43,208 nucleotides of DNA from a virus, in the IMG/VR virus record IMGVR_UViG_3300045988_065740, positions 1-43,208 of that record; one strand, given 5' to 3'. The position numbers were made by a program, and so were the translations under genes. The notes beneath the pieces were generated by a model. That model did no database searches, was not told the DNA's origin, and saw nothing but the letters and a program-made list of their open reading frames with translations. Positions 32,846-41,379 of this stretch are shown here, piece by piece. Position 1 is the stretch's first letter. The number at the start of each line of letters is the position of its first letter.

Positions 32846-33679
32846 ATGGAATTAAAGATCAACGAAGTGGCGCTTCCTGCGCCGATAACCTTCAACTATG
32901 AAGAACTGAAGTCAGAGCTGCTTCACAAGGTGTCTGTTTATGAAACTATGGTCTACACGGAAGATCAGGTGAAGGAAGCCAAGGCAGACCGTGCGGCGCT
33001 GAACCGGTTAAAGAAAGCCCTGAATGATGAACGCATTCGGCAGGAAAAAGAGTATATGCAGCCGTTCAATACCTTCATGGCACAGATTGCCGAACTTGTC
33101 AAAATTATTGATAATTCGGTGTCTGTCGTGGACAAGCAGGTCAAGGAGTTTGACGAAAAGGAGAAGGCAGAAAAGCTGGATACGATTCTTGAATACTTTG
33201 GTATCGCTCTTGCTGCAAAGCTTCCTTCTGTCCCGCTGAATCACCGCCTTGTGGTTGATGACAAGTGGCTGAATGCTTCTGTTTCCATGAAGTCCATTCA
33301 GGAAGCCATTGACACAAAGCTGGATCAGGTTGCGAAAGACCTTGCTGTTATCGCTTCTCTGCCGTCCTATGCGTTTGAAGCGCGGGAGTGCTACGTTGAT
33401 ACCCTTGACCTTGCAAAAGCCGTCAGCGAAGCCCACAGGCTCCAAGAACAGGCTGAAAAGAAGGCGGCATGGGAAGCGGCTGAAAAGGCGGCTGCTTCCA
33501 GCCCTGCAACCACATTTGAAGATGAACCGGCATCGGAAGTCGGAAAGGCAATCGCAAGCACTGAGAAGCCAGAACCTTCCCGCCAGTGGATTGGTTTTCA
33601 GGCGCTTCTTTCCGCTGACGAAGCAAAGGCGCTGGGCGCTTGGCTCAGAAACAACGGCATCAGATATAAGGCTATATAA
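32846..33679 (+). CDS. DUF1351-like phage protein, commonly linked to RecT modules
   Basis: 277 aa. N-terminus MELKINEVALPAPITFNYEELKSEL... and a coiled region, between the exonuclease and RecT genes. Confidence 0.6.
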   Translation: MELKINEVALPAPITFNYEELKSELLHKVSVYETMVYTEDQVKEAKADRAALNRLKKALNDERIRQEKEYMQPFNTFMAQIAELVKIIDNSVSVVDKQVKEFDEKEKAEKLDTILEYFGIALAAKLPSVPLNHRLVVDDKWLNASVSMKSIQEAIDTKLDQVAKDLAVIASLPSYAFEARECYVDTLDLAKAVSEAHRLQEQAEKKAAWEAAEKAAASSPATTFEDEPASEVGKAIASTEKPEPSRQWIGFQALLSADEAKALGAWLRNNGIRYKAI

Positions 33680-33695
33680 GAAAGGATGAATGACA

Positions 33696-34634
33696 ATGGC
33701 AGTCAATAATTCACTTCAGAAGTCTCAGAAGCGGCTTGGCATCGGTTCCTATCTCACAGGCGATGCGGTCAAGCAGCGTATCAATCAGGTCATCGGCGGC
33801 AAGGACGGCCAGCGGTTCATTTCTGCTGTCGTGTCTGCGGTGCAGACAAATCCGGCGCTTCAGGAATGCACAAATCAGAGCATCCTTTCCGCTGCTCTGC
33901 TGGGCGAAAGCTTGAAGCTGTCCCCTTCTCCCCAGCTTGGACAATATTACATGGTTCCCTTCAACGACAAGGAGCGCGGCAAGGTGGCGCAGTTCCAGCT
34001 TGGCTATAAGGGCTACATACAGCTTGCTATCCGTTCCGGCCAGTACAAGAAGCTGAATGTCCTTGCAATCAAGGCCGGTGAGCTTATCAAGTTCGATCCG
34101 CTGAATGAGGAAATCGAAGTCAAGTTGATCGAGGACGAAGAACAGCGTGAAGCGGCTGAAACCATCGGCTATTATGCCATGTTCGAGTATACCAACGGTT
34201 TTCGCAAGGCCATCTATTGGAGCAAGAAGAAGATGCTTGCCCATGCTGATAAGTACAGTCAGGCGTTTTCGGCCAACGGCGGCACGGTCAAAACCAGATA
34301 CGGAGAAAAGAAAAAGGTTTCGTATGCGGATTACTTAACCGGGAACTATGATCCGAAAGACGCGTGGATGTATTCTTCTTTCTGGTACAAGGACTTTGAC
34401 GGCATGGCATACAAGACCATGCTGCGGCAGCTTATCAGCAAGTGGGGCATCATGTCAATCGACATGGCTTCTGCCATTGATGCTGATATGGCCGTCATCA
34501 ACGAGGACGGCACGAAGGACTATGTTGACAATGACCCTGATGTCATCGTCATGGAGCAGCCTTCCGAGCCTGAACAGGAAACCAGCGAACAGAACGACAT
34601 TCAGGCGGCTTTGTTCGGGGGTGAAGGTCAGTGA
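33696..34634 (+). CDS. recT: RecT-family single-strand annealing protein
   Basis: SILSAALLGESLKLSPSPQLGQYYMVPF...FQLGYKGYIQLAIRSGQY is a RecT-like core. ATG 33696 lies 9 nt after aaagga; alternative start 33690. Confidence 0.8.
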   Translation: MAVNNSLQKSQKRLGIGSYLTGDAVKQRINQVIGGKDGQRFISAVVSAVQTNPALQECTNQSILSAALLGESLKLSPSPQLGQYYMVPFNDKERGKVAQFQLGYKGYIQLAIRSGQYKKLNVLAIKAGELIKFDPLNEEIEVKLIEDEEQREAAETIGYYAMFEYTNGFRKAIYWSKKKMLAHADKYSQAFSANGGTVKTRYGEKKKVSYADYLTGNYDPKDAWMYSSFWYKDFDGMAYKTMLRQLISKWGIMSIDMASAIDADMAVINEDGTKDYVDNDPDVIVMEQPSEPEQETSEQNDIQAALFGGEGQ

Positions 34635-35026
34635 ACAAAGTAATTCTGATTGGCCGCTTGGTGGCTGATCCTGACATCCGGCACACGCAGTCCGGCAAGT
34701 GCGTTGCTTCCTATCGCTTGGCCGTGGACAGGCCTTTCAAGTCTGACGGCCAGCCGGAAGCGGATTTCATCAACTGCGTTGCGTGGGGCAAAAGCGGCGA
34801 GTTCTGCCAAAGATACCTTCGCAAAGGCATGAAGATTGCCATTGAAGGCCGTATTCAGACCGGCAGCTATACCAAGGATGACGGGACAAAGGTTTATACC
34901 ACGGATGTCATTGTGGAACACCACGAATTCTGTGAAAGCAAGCGGTCTGCCGATTCCGGCGGCTATGCGGAACCGGCGCAGGGCTTCACAGAGATTGACG
35001 AAGATGACGGTGATCTGCCGTTCTGA
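34631..35026 (+). CDS. ssb: Single-stranded DNA-binding protein
   Basis: MNKVILIGRLVADPDIRHTQSGK... is an OB fold. Acidic tail DEDDGDLPF. Confidence 0.9.
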   Translation: MNKVILIGRLVADPDIRHTQSGKCVASYRLAVDRPFKSDGQPEADFINCVAWGKSGEFCQRYLRKGMKIAIEGRIQTGSYTKDDGTKVYTTDVIVEHHEFCESKRSADSGGYAEPAQGFTEIDEDDGDLPF

Positions 35027-35040
35027 AAGGAGAATAAAAC

Positions 35041-35217
35041 ATGAATAAGACTAAGACCAATCATCAGACCGGCTATCACAAGCCTGTTGTCAATCCGACT
35101 ACCAACTATCCGAAGGACAGCCACAAAGCTTTCTGCAAGCGCTGCTTGGAGAGATACCACGAAGGCATTTGCCCTATCACTGGCACTTCCAAGGCTTCCA
35201 GCCAGTGTGACATTTGA
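35041..35217 (+). CDS. Small 58-aa hypothetical protein (not in the supplied track)
   Basis: ATG follows aaaggag. I translated it as MNKTKTNHQTGYHKP...FCKRCLERYHEGICP... Confidence 0.45.
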   Translation: MNKTKTNHQTGYHKPVVNPTTNYPKDSHKAFCKRCLERYHEGICPITGTSKASSQCDI

Positions 35218-35229
35218 TGGAGGTGCGAA

Positions 35230-35781
35230 ATGAAAAAGGCAATTATGACAACGGATGCCTTCAATCGTTTGATTGATACAACTAAGGGTTTTGTTCAGAA
35301 GTACGGTGGCAAGGTTATTCATCAGTTTATCCGACTTGAATTTCATTCCGGCGATGATGAAGTGATTGCAGTTGCAGTTGATGGCTTCAAGCTTTCTGTC
35401 GAACACGCAGTGTGCAAAAGCGAAGAAGATTTCACTATTTATGTGAAAAGCAATGTCAAATTACCCAGAAAAGAAGAAGTGGAAATCGAACTGGAAGAAG
35501 ATGAAGCATTGTTTAGATGTAATGGGTTTGTGTTCGGATATCAGCAGCCAACTGGGAATTTTTTGGACTGGCAAAATGCTTTGCCGGATGGTGATCCAAA
35601 ATTCAGGATTGGCTTCAACGGGGAATATCTAATGAAGGCATTGGAAGCAGCAAGAATTTCCGTTGGTGGCGTATACAAAAATCCGATTGTGCTTGAATTC
35701 AGAAGCCCCGTTTCACCGGTTATTATCAGAACCAATAAGAACGATATCAAGATGGTTCTTCCAGTGAGAATTAAAGATTAG
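35230..35781 (+). CDS. Short DNA polymerase III beta (sliding clamp)-like protein
   Basis: 183 aa. AVAVDGFKLSV resembles the clamp ATDGHRLA element. The C-terminus FNGEYLMKALEAA...PIVLEFRSPVSPVII...IKMVLPVRI resembles the DnaN C-terminal domain ending. Confidence 0.5.
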   Translation: MKKAIMTTDAFNRLIDTTKGFVQKYGGKVIHQFIRLEFHSGDDEVIAVAVDGFKLSVEHAVCKSEEDFTIYVKSNVKLPRKEEVEIELEEDEALFRCNGFVFGYQQPTGNFLDWQNALPDGDPKFRIGFNGEYLMKALEAARISVGGVYKNPIVLEFRSPVSPVIIRTNKNDIKMVLPVRIKD

Positions 35782-35794
35782 GAGTTGGATTTGA

Positions 35795-36187
35795 ATGAGT
35801 AAATATCAGGGTGAGAAGTTCAAAATCCCCTATCCGCAAAGCAAAGCTGGGCAGAAACAATGGGCGAAGGAATACGGCATGAACGCCTATTATGCTGGGA
35901 AGCATTGGTCACGGCGAAAGCGCGATGCTGAGTTCTGGCACATGATGGTTCGCTCCTGCATGAACAGTCAGAATGTCCGGCGCGATCCCTTTAAGCGGCC
36001 TGTTGTCATTACCTTCCATTGGAATGACCGGCTTGACATTGATAACCACGCAATCATTGGAAAGATGATCGTGGACGCGATGAAAGGCCGTGTCATTGAG
36101 GATGACAACCGCCGCTGTCTGAAAGGCGTGTGCCACTACTTCCACGATGAAGATTACATAAGCGTGGAAATCCGTGAAATATCATAG
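35795..36187 (+). CDS. rusA: RusA-like Holliday junction resolvase
   Basis: 130 aa. LDIDNHAIIGKMIVDAMKGRVIEDDNRRC matches the RusA acidic motif pattern. Confidence 0.7.
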   Translation: MSKYQGEKFKIPYPQSKAGQKQWAKEYGMNAYYAGKHWSRRKRDAEFWHMMVRSCMNSQNVRRDPFKRPVVITFHWNDRLDIDNHAIIGKMIVDAMKGRVIEDDNRRCLKGVCHYFHDEDYISVEIREIS

Positions 36188-36207
36188 TTTGAAAGGAAAA
36201 CTTTTCG

Positions 36208-36636
36208 ATGGAAAAAATCAGAATCCGCTACCTGCGCGACATCAACAAAATCGAACGTTTCAACACGGGGGACTGGATCGACCTCCGCGCCGCCGAAGAT
36301 GTCTGCATGACTGCCGGGGAATTCAAACTGATTCCGCTGGGCGTTGCTATGGAGCTGCCGGAAGGCTATGAAGCGCTGGTTGCGCCGAGAAGCAGCACCT
36401 TCAAGAATCTTGGGATTCTGCTTGCAAACAGCATCGGTGTCATTGATGAATCCTACAAGGGCGATAATGACGAATGGCACTTCCCCGCTTACGCCGTCAG
36501 AGACACCTTCATTCACAAGAATGAGCGCATTTGTCAGTTCCGGATCATCAAGCATCAGCCCATGATCCACCTGATGGAAGTTGACTATCTCGGAAACGAA
36601 GATCGGTGTGGGATCGGCTCCACGGGAAGGATGTGA
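36208..36636 (+). CDS. dut: dUTP diphosphatase
   Basis: 142 aa. [23 protein letters not shown] and the terminal GIGSTGR motifs. Confidence 0.85.
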   Translation: MEKIRIRYLRDINKIERFNTGDWIDLRAAEDVCMTAGEFKLIPLGVAMELPEGYEALVAPRSSTFKNLGILLANSIGVIDESYKGDNDEWHFPAYAVRDTFIHKNERICQFRIIKHQPMIHLMEVDYLGNEDRCGIGSTGRM

Positions 36637-36641
36637 ATACA

Positions 36642-36989
36642 ATGTTTGAACACGATGGCTGCACAGGTTGCAGGTATGATCCGAAAGAGCATGATGAATT
36701 TCCGTGCAATCATTGCCGTGGCACTGTTAGTCCTGTCAATAAATTTTATAAGATGTGCGCTGATCTATATGAGCCTGAATCTTATAATCCCTATTGGGAA
36801 CGCATTTGCAAGCTTTCTGAGCGCCAGCGGGAAAAGGGTATGAAAACATACGGCCAAGGCATAGAAAGCAATCCTGCGGCGATTATGAGCCGGATTGAGT
36901 ACCTTCAGGAAGAACTTGTGGATGCACTCATGTACTGCGAGTGGATCAAAGACAAAATAAAGGAAGGTGAGCCGAATGACACAGTGTGA
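36642..36989 (+). CDS. Hypothetical protein (N-terminal Cys cluster; C-terminal helical region reminiscent of MazG-like proteins)
   Basis: ATG 36642. CTGC...CNHC, then KGMKTYGQGIE...LQEELVDALMY. Confidence 0.5.
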   Translation: MFEHDGCTGCRYDPKEHDEFPCNHCRGTVSPVNKFYKMCADLYEPESYNPYWERICKLSERQREKGMKTYGQGIESNPAAIMSRIEYLQEELVDALMYCEWIKDKIKEGEPNDTV

Positions 36990-37194
36990 CCGTATCCAGA
37001 GACACCTTGAAGATTACGGCAGCATCACAAGCCTTGAAGCTATGCAGGAATACGGGATCATGCGGCTTGCTTCCCGAATTGCCGATCTGAAGCAGATGGG
37101 CATCCCTATCAAGAAAGAGATGGTCAGCGGAAAGAACCGCTACGGGGAGCAGACAAGCTACGCCAAGTATTCTTTGGGTGGTGGTCAGACGTGA
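36976..37194 (+). CDS. Small winged-helix / HTH DNA-binding protein
   Basis: IQRHLEDYGSITSLEAMQEYGIMRLASRIADLKQMGIPI is a typical phage wHTH pattern. Alternative GTG start at 36967. Confidence 0.6.
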   Translation: MTQCDRIQRHLEDYGSITSLEAMQEYGIMRLASRIADLKQMGIPIKKEMVSGKNRYGEQTSYAKYSLGGGQT

Positions 37195-37412
37195 CAAAGA
37201 TAACGTTTGTTTCTGTCGAACAGAAGGTGCAGTTTGACCCATTCAACGGCATCAGAGGGCCTGCAAGTAGTGAGGTGCGGAAAATCGTTACTGGCACTGT
37301 TATTGCCGTATATCCCGAACACAAATGGTTTTCCGTTGTGTATGGCGTACATAAGCTGCGGACTTCGTTCAAGTTTTGCGATATCGGGGACGGGGTGAAA
37401 GTCCTTGGCTGA
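37191..37412 (+). CDS. Hypothetical protein
   Basis: 73 aa. GTG start overlaps the previous stop. Confidence 0.5.
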   Translation: MTKITFVSVEQKVQFDPFNGIRGPASSEVRKIVTGTVIAVYPEHKWFSVVYGVHKLRTSFKFCDIGDGVKVLG

Positions 37413-37926
37413 ATATATCAAAATTCCAACGGACTTTTTTGAAGCCGAACCTATAAAAAGCATTTTCGATAAAGGGCCTGTGACTGATGATACCGTTCTG
37501 CTATACCTTCACTTGCTTTGTGAAGCGAATCAAGAAAACAGAAGAAGCCTTTTCACCATTGGCAATATAATTCTTACGGAAGATGTGCTTTCGTGTGTTT
37601 TCCCTTATGCGAATCTTGACAAAAAACTCGAAACGCTTGAAATGTTTGGGCTAATCAAAAGAAACGAAAGAAGCATTCAAGTGTTTAAGTCTTGGGATGA
37701 TCCGCACGATAGAACTTCACAGAAATATAGAGAGTGGAGAACGGCTGTTTTTGTTCGTGATGGTTACCGCTGCAAGAAATGCGGCGCAAAAAGGAACCTT
37801 CAAGCGCACCATATCAAAACTTGGCACAGAAGTAAAGAGCTGCGATATGAAGTTTCAAACGGTGTTACCCTGTGCCGTAAGTGTCACTTAGAAGCTCATG
37901 GGGGGTGTTGGCGAAATGGCGAGTAA
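37405..37926 (+). CDS. HNH endonuclease fused to a replisome-organiser-N-like domain
   Basis: C-terminus WRTAVFVRDGYRCKKCG...LQAHHIKTW...NGVTLCRKCHLEAH is an HNH motif. The N-terminal roughly 100 aa resemble the N-terminus of the next gene. TTG start. Confidence 0.75.
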   Translation: MAEYIKIPTDFFEAEPIKSIFDKGPVTDDTVLLYLHLLCEANQENRRSLFTIGNIILTEDVLSCVFPYANLDKKLETLEMFGLIKRNERSIQVFKSWDDPHDRTSQKYREWRTAVFVRDGYRCKKCGAKRNLQAHHIKTWHRSKELRYEVSNGVTLCRKCHLEAHGGCWRNGE

Positions 37927-38749
37927 TGTCAAATGGATAAAAATGATGGTCGGGATGTTCGACGGCATGAGCTTCAAGAAGATCAAACGGGCGAAGATTG
38001 GCGGCGAGAGCTTCCGGGACAAGCTGACCGCCGTCTGGTTTGAGCTGATGGACTTTGCCGGAAAGTGCAACCACGAAGGCGCATTCATAAGCCCGTCGGA
38101 AATCCCGTTCACCGATCTTGCGGACATCGCAACGATGATCGACCGCGACGAAGAAGAATTGAAGCTCTGCATGGCGTTCTTTATCAATGAAGGCATGGTT
38201 ACTGTCATTGATGATGTTTACAGCCTTTCAAATTGGTCTGAATACCAAAATCAAGAAGGGCTGGACAAAATCAGGGAACAAAACAGGCTTAGAAAGAGAC
38301 GCCAGCGAGAAAATCAAAAGCTTCTTGCGGACATGTCACGAGACAGTCACGGGACAATCACGCCAAGTCACGCAACAGAAGAAGATATAGAAAAAGAAGA
38401 AGAAATAGAAAGAGAAAAGATAGATTATAAGGGAATCGTGAACACCTTTAATTCTGTCTGTGTATCCTTTCCTTCTGTCAAAGTCATATCTGATGCACGG
38501 AAGAAGGCCATTAAAGCCCGTCTGAAAAACTATTCCATTGATGACTTCAAAACGCTGTTTGAAAAAGCCGAAGCATCGTCTTTTCTGAAAGGAAAAAATA
38601 GCAACAACTGGTCAGCTACATTTGACTGGCTTATCAAGGATGCCAACATGGCGAAAGTCCTTGATGGCAACTACGATGATAAGAAAGGAGCTGGTGGCGG
38701 TGGAACGGATTCAAGAAATCCTGAAAAAATATATGGGGAATGCCTGTGA
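37916..38749 (+). CDS. Phage replisome organiser (DnaD-like)
   Basis: VKWIKMMVGMFD...FRDKLTAVWFELMDFAGK...LSNWSEYQNQ resembles the replisome-organiser N domain. C-terminal part ...NWSATFDWLIK. Confidence 0.75.
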   Translation: MASNVKWIKMMVGMFDGMSFKKIKRAKIGGESFRDKLTAVWFELMDFAGKCNHEGAFISPSEIPFTDLADIATMIDRDEEELKLCMAFFINEGMVTVIDDVYSLSNWSEYQNQEGLDKIREQNRLRKRRQRENQKLLADMSRDSHGTITPSHATEEDIEKEEEIEREKIDYKGIVNTFNSVCVSFPSVKVISDARKKAIKARLKNYSIDDFKTLFEKAEASSFLKGKNSNNWSATFDWLIKDANMAKVLDGNYDDKKGAGGGGTDSRNPEKIYGECL

Positions 38750-39542
38750 ATCGTACAGTCAAGAGGAAATGGAAAAATTCAAGGCAGATAGCTTCAACGA
38801 ATCGGAAGGTAGCCTGAATGAAAGTGACGGGTATAATTGCACCGTCTGCAAGAACAAGGGAATGATCCTCCGAGCAGCACAGACCAGCAATGGGAGCTGG
38901 ACAACCATTTCACGGGACTGTAAGTGCATGACAGTCAGGAGGACTATCAGGCGCATGGAGCGCAGCGGCCTGAAGAATATCATCCGGGACTACACCTTCG
39001 GCAAATTTGATGCTGCTGACGATTGGCAGAAGGTCATCAAGGAAGCAGCTGTTGCTTACGCCAAAAACCCGGAAGGCTGGTTCTTCGTCGGAGGGCAGAG
39101 CGGAGCGGGCAAAACACATATCTGCACCGCTATCTGCCGGGAATTACTTATGGACGGTAAATCAGTCAAGTATATGCTGTGGCGTGATGATGTTGTGAAG
39201 CTGAAGAACGCTGTCACAGACTATGAGGAGTACAGCAGATCGATCCAGCAGTACAAGAGCGTTGATGTTTTGTACATTGATGACCTGTTCAAGACGGGGA
39301 AATCCGATAAAGGGCCACAAGCTCCAACCGCTGCGGATGTGAATGCTGCTTTTGAAATCCTGAATTTCAGGTACAGCAATCCGAAGCTTATCACAATCAT
39401 ATCCAGCGAATGCACGATAAATGACATTCTTGACATTGATGAAGCTGTCGGTGGAAGAATTATTGAACGAACAAAACGCCCCTTCAGCATCAAGGGAGAC
39501 AAAAGCAAGAACTATCGCCTGAAGGGCGCAACGGAACTGTGA
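38700..39542 (+). CDS. DnaC/IstB-like helicase loader ATPase
   Basis: Walker A GGQSGAGKTH, Walker B LYIDDL. GTG 38700 follows aaaggag; alternative ATG 38733. Confidence 0.8.
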   Translation: MERIQEILKKYMGNACESYSQEEMEKFKADSFNESEGSLNESDGYNCTVCKNKGMILRAAQTSNGSWTTISRDCKCMTVRRTIRRMERSGLKNIIRDYTFGKFDAADDWQKVIKEAAVAYAKNPEGWFFVGGQSGAGKTHICTAICRELLMDGKSVKYMLWRDDVVKLKNAVTDYEEYSRSIQQYKSVDVLYIDDLFKTGKSDKGPQAPTAADVNAAFEILNFRYSNPKLITIISSECTINDILDIDEAVGGRIIERTKRPFSIKGDKSKNYRLKGATEL

Positions 39543-39558
39543 AAGGCGGTGACAACCA

Positions 39559-39852
39559 ATGGCAAAGCAGCAACATCTATCCCGAGAGCAGCGGCTGATC
39601 AGGACCGGCAGGCTGCAAGGCATAAAGGAAAATATGGACATGATCGGCATGGTGCTACTGGACAAGTTCGGATGGCACGTCCGAGAAGAAACGGAGGACG
39701 GACACGACACCATGAGCCTTGAATATCTTTTCAACTGCCTTACCGAGCTGACAGAAGCAATCAACAACGGCTATGTGCGCCGGAAGCATATCCGCGATAC
39801 GTTAGCCGAGGAATACAAGGTTGAATATGTCGGAGGTGAAGATAATGGCTGA
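39559..39852 (+). CDS. Hypothetical protein
   Basis: 97-aa ORF. Confidence 0.6.
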   Translation: MAKQQHLSREQRLIRTGRLQGIKENMDMIGMVLLDKFGWHVREETEDGHDTMSLEYLFNCLTELTEAINNGYVRRKHIRDTLAEEYKVEYVGGEDNG

Positions 39853-40012
39853 CAGAGCAGCTATCGCGGAAGCTCTTGATGAAATCGAAAACGGTATGTG
39901 CCGGATCAAGGAGAGCCGGGACATTTGGCAGAACAGCTTGATTTATGCGCTGTGCCAGGCGGTGCGGCTGTTGCTTCTGGACAAGTTGAAGGAGGTGCGC
40001 AAGCGTGGTTGA
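39845..40012 (+). CDS. Small hypothetical protein
   Basis: ATG 39845 overlaps the upstream stop (aATGgcTGA); 55 aa. Confidence 0.5.
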   Translation: MADRAAIAEALDEIENGMCRIKESRDIWQNSLIYALCQAVRLLLLDKLKEVRKRG

Positions 40013-40283
40013 ATTGAAACCGTGCCCATTCTGTGGCGGTAAAGTTAGCCTTGTTCCGTGTGATGACGAAGGAAATCTGCATGATGAGGCATATAGAGAA
40101 CATCCCTATAGTGGGCTTGGCTTTATGCTTCACCACGCTCACGAGGAAAACCCGGAATGCCCGATTGCAAGGTATGAGTGCGATGGCGGGATTTTGGGCG
40201 GTGTGTATATTTACGACACAGCAGACGAAGCCGCCGAGGCATGGAACAGGAGGGCTGACAATGGCAACAAAGAGAGTGTGTGA
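40005..40283 (+). CDS. Lar-like restriction alleviation family protein, copy 2
   Basis: LKPCPFCGGK...ECP...EAAEAWNRRA. GTG start 9 nt after gaaggagg. Confidence 0.65.
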   Translation: MVELKPCPFCGGKVSLVPCDDEGNLHDEAYREHPYSGLGFMLHHAHEENPECPIARYECDGGILGGVYIYDTADEAAEAWNRRADNGNKESV

Positions 40284-40440
40284 CCGCTGTGGTGCGGAGA
40301 TCAACCCGCCCAATTCCGTCACCTATGCTGGTATGCGGCGAGTTAAAAACGACATAAACGACAATGACTACGAGCTGTGTGTTTCGTGCGCGCACGAACT
40401 GCGGAAGTGGTTCAATGGGGAGGCGAACGACAATGGCTGA
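40261..40440 (+). CDS. Small zinc-ribbon-like protein
   Basis: 59 aa. CDRCG...CVSC. Confidence 0.5.
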   Translation: MATKRVCDRCGAEINPPNSVTYAGMRRVKNDINDNDYELCVSCAHELRKWFNGEANDNG

Positions 40441-40879
40441 ATACATCGAGCGCACGGAAGAACTCATACTTGCCATGAACGCCGGTGCGAGGGCAATCGA
40501 AAACACGAAGCGTTATCACGGGGCTGTTTACACCAAGGATGTGTTCTCGGAGAGCCCACAGGAAATCCCATACTTGCAGGCCGCCAAAGTGCTGCGGGAA
40601 ACAAGCGATGCTCCCGCCGCTGATGTGGCCCCGGCGGTTTGGATTCCGGTAACAGATCGGTTGCCGGAAGCAGGCACAAGAAGCAACGGTTGGGGAGATG
40701 TGACCGTTATTGCAACGAACGGAAAATTTGTGCGGCCGTTGATTTACGAAAGAGCAATCGTCAGGGGGAAAGTAGTATGGCGCTGGAAGTGGCCATGGGA
40801 CAGGATTTATGACGGAAACCCCGTTACGCATTGGATGCCGCTTCCAGAGCCGCCAAAGGGGGTGTCCGACAATGGTTAA
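40433..40879 (+). CDS. DUF551-like protein
   Basis: C-terminal WIPVTDRLPE...THWMPLPEPP pattern. Confidence 0.6.
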   Translation: MAEYIERTEELILAMNAGARAIENTKRYHGAVYTKDVFSESPQEIPYLQAAKVLRETSDAPAADVAPAVWIPVTDRLPEAGTRSNGWGDVTVIATNGKFVRPLIYERAIVRGKVVWRWKWPWDRIYDGNPVTHWMPLPEPPKGVSDNG

Positions 40880-41087
40880 GGCGAAAGTATATCTTAAATC
40901 CGGACAATGCTTTGACGTTTCCGCAGAAAAGATTGTGTGCAAGTATGACACTATTACGGGAGGATTAACATCGTTTAAGTACGAAGGTGCTACTGAGTGC
41001 CCAATCTATCTTGATGTTAATCAAGTCGCTGCTGTTGTACAGCTTCTGGACAATGAAAGCGGAGGTGACAACGATGCGGCTGATTGA
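40872..41087 (+). CDS. Small hypothetical protein
   Basis: 71 aa. Start overlaps the previous stop. Confidence 0.5.
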   Translation: MVKAKVYLKSGQCFDVSAEKIVCKYDTITGGLTSFKYEGATECPIYLDVNQVAAVVQLLDNESGGDNDAAD

Positions 41088-41379
41088 TGCGGATGCGGTG
41101 AAATTCAATTTTCAGTACGGCCGTGACGATAACGGCATTCTACTTGTACCATATAGAGACGCAAAAAAGCTGATTGAAGCGGCAAAAACTGTGGACGCTG
41201 TGCCTATTGTACGGTGTAAGGATTGCAAGTATTACAACTGGGGTGAATTGCTTGCCCCGAACAAGTTCTGTTTTCGTTTGAAGCACCCGATAGAAAATCG
41301 GGTAATCGGCTACAACTTTGCACCCGATGATTTTTGTAGCTACGGCGAACGGAAGGAAGGTGAAACCGATGGAAGCTGA
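41074..41379 (+). CDS. Hypothetical Cys-containing protein
   Basis: ATG 41074 follows ggagg; 101 aa. Contains CKDCKYY...C...C. Confidence 0.55.
   Translation: MRLIDADAVKFNFQYGRDDNGILLVPYRDAKKLIEAAKTVDAVPIVRCKDCKYYNWGELLAPNKFCFRLKHPIENRVIGYNFAPDDFCSYGERKEGETDGS

Noticed and set aside
32228-34244. Minus-strand ORFs 32228..32845, 33008..33706 and 33711..34244
   Set aside because: They are antisense to the YqaJ, DUF1351-like and RecT genes.
37405-37926. The HNH endonuclease as the terminase-associated HNH of cos-type (HK97-like) packaging
   Set aside because: It is about 4 kb upstream of terS, inside the replication module. The terminase, portal and MuF set looks like the headful (SPP1/PBSX) type.
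40033-40260. The 5' part of ORF 40033..40440
   Set aside because: It overlaps the Lar-like gene in another frame. Only the 40261..40440 portion, with its own ATG in the junction motif, is retained.
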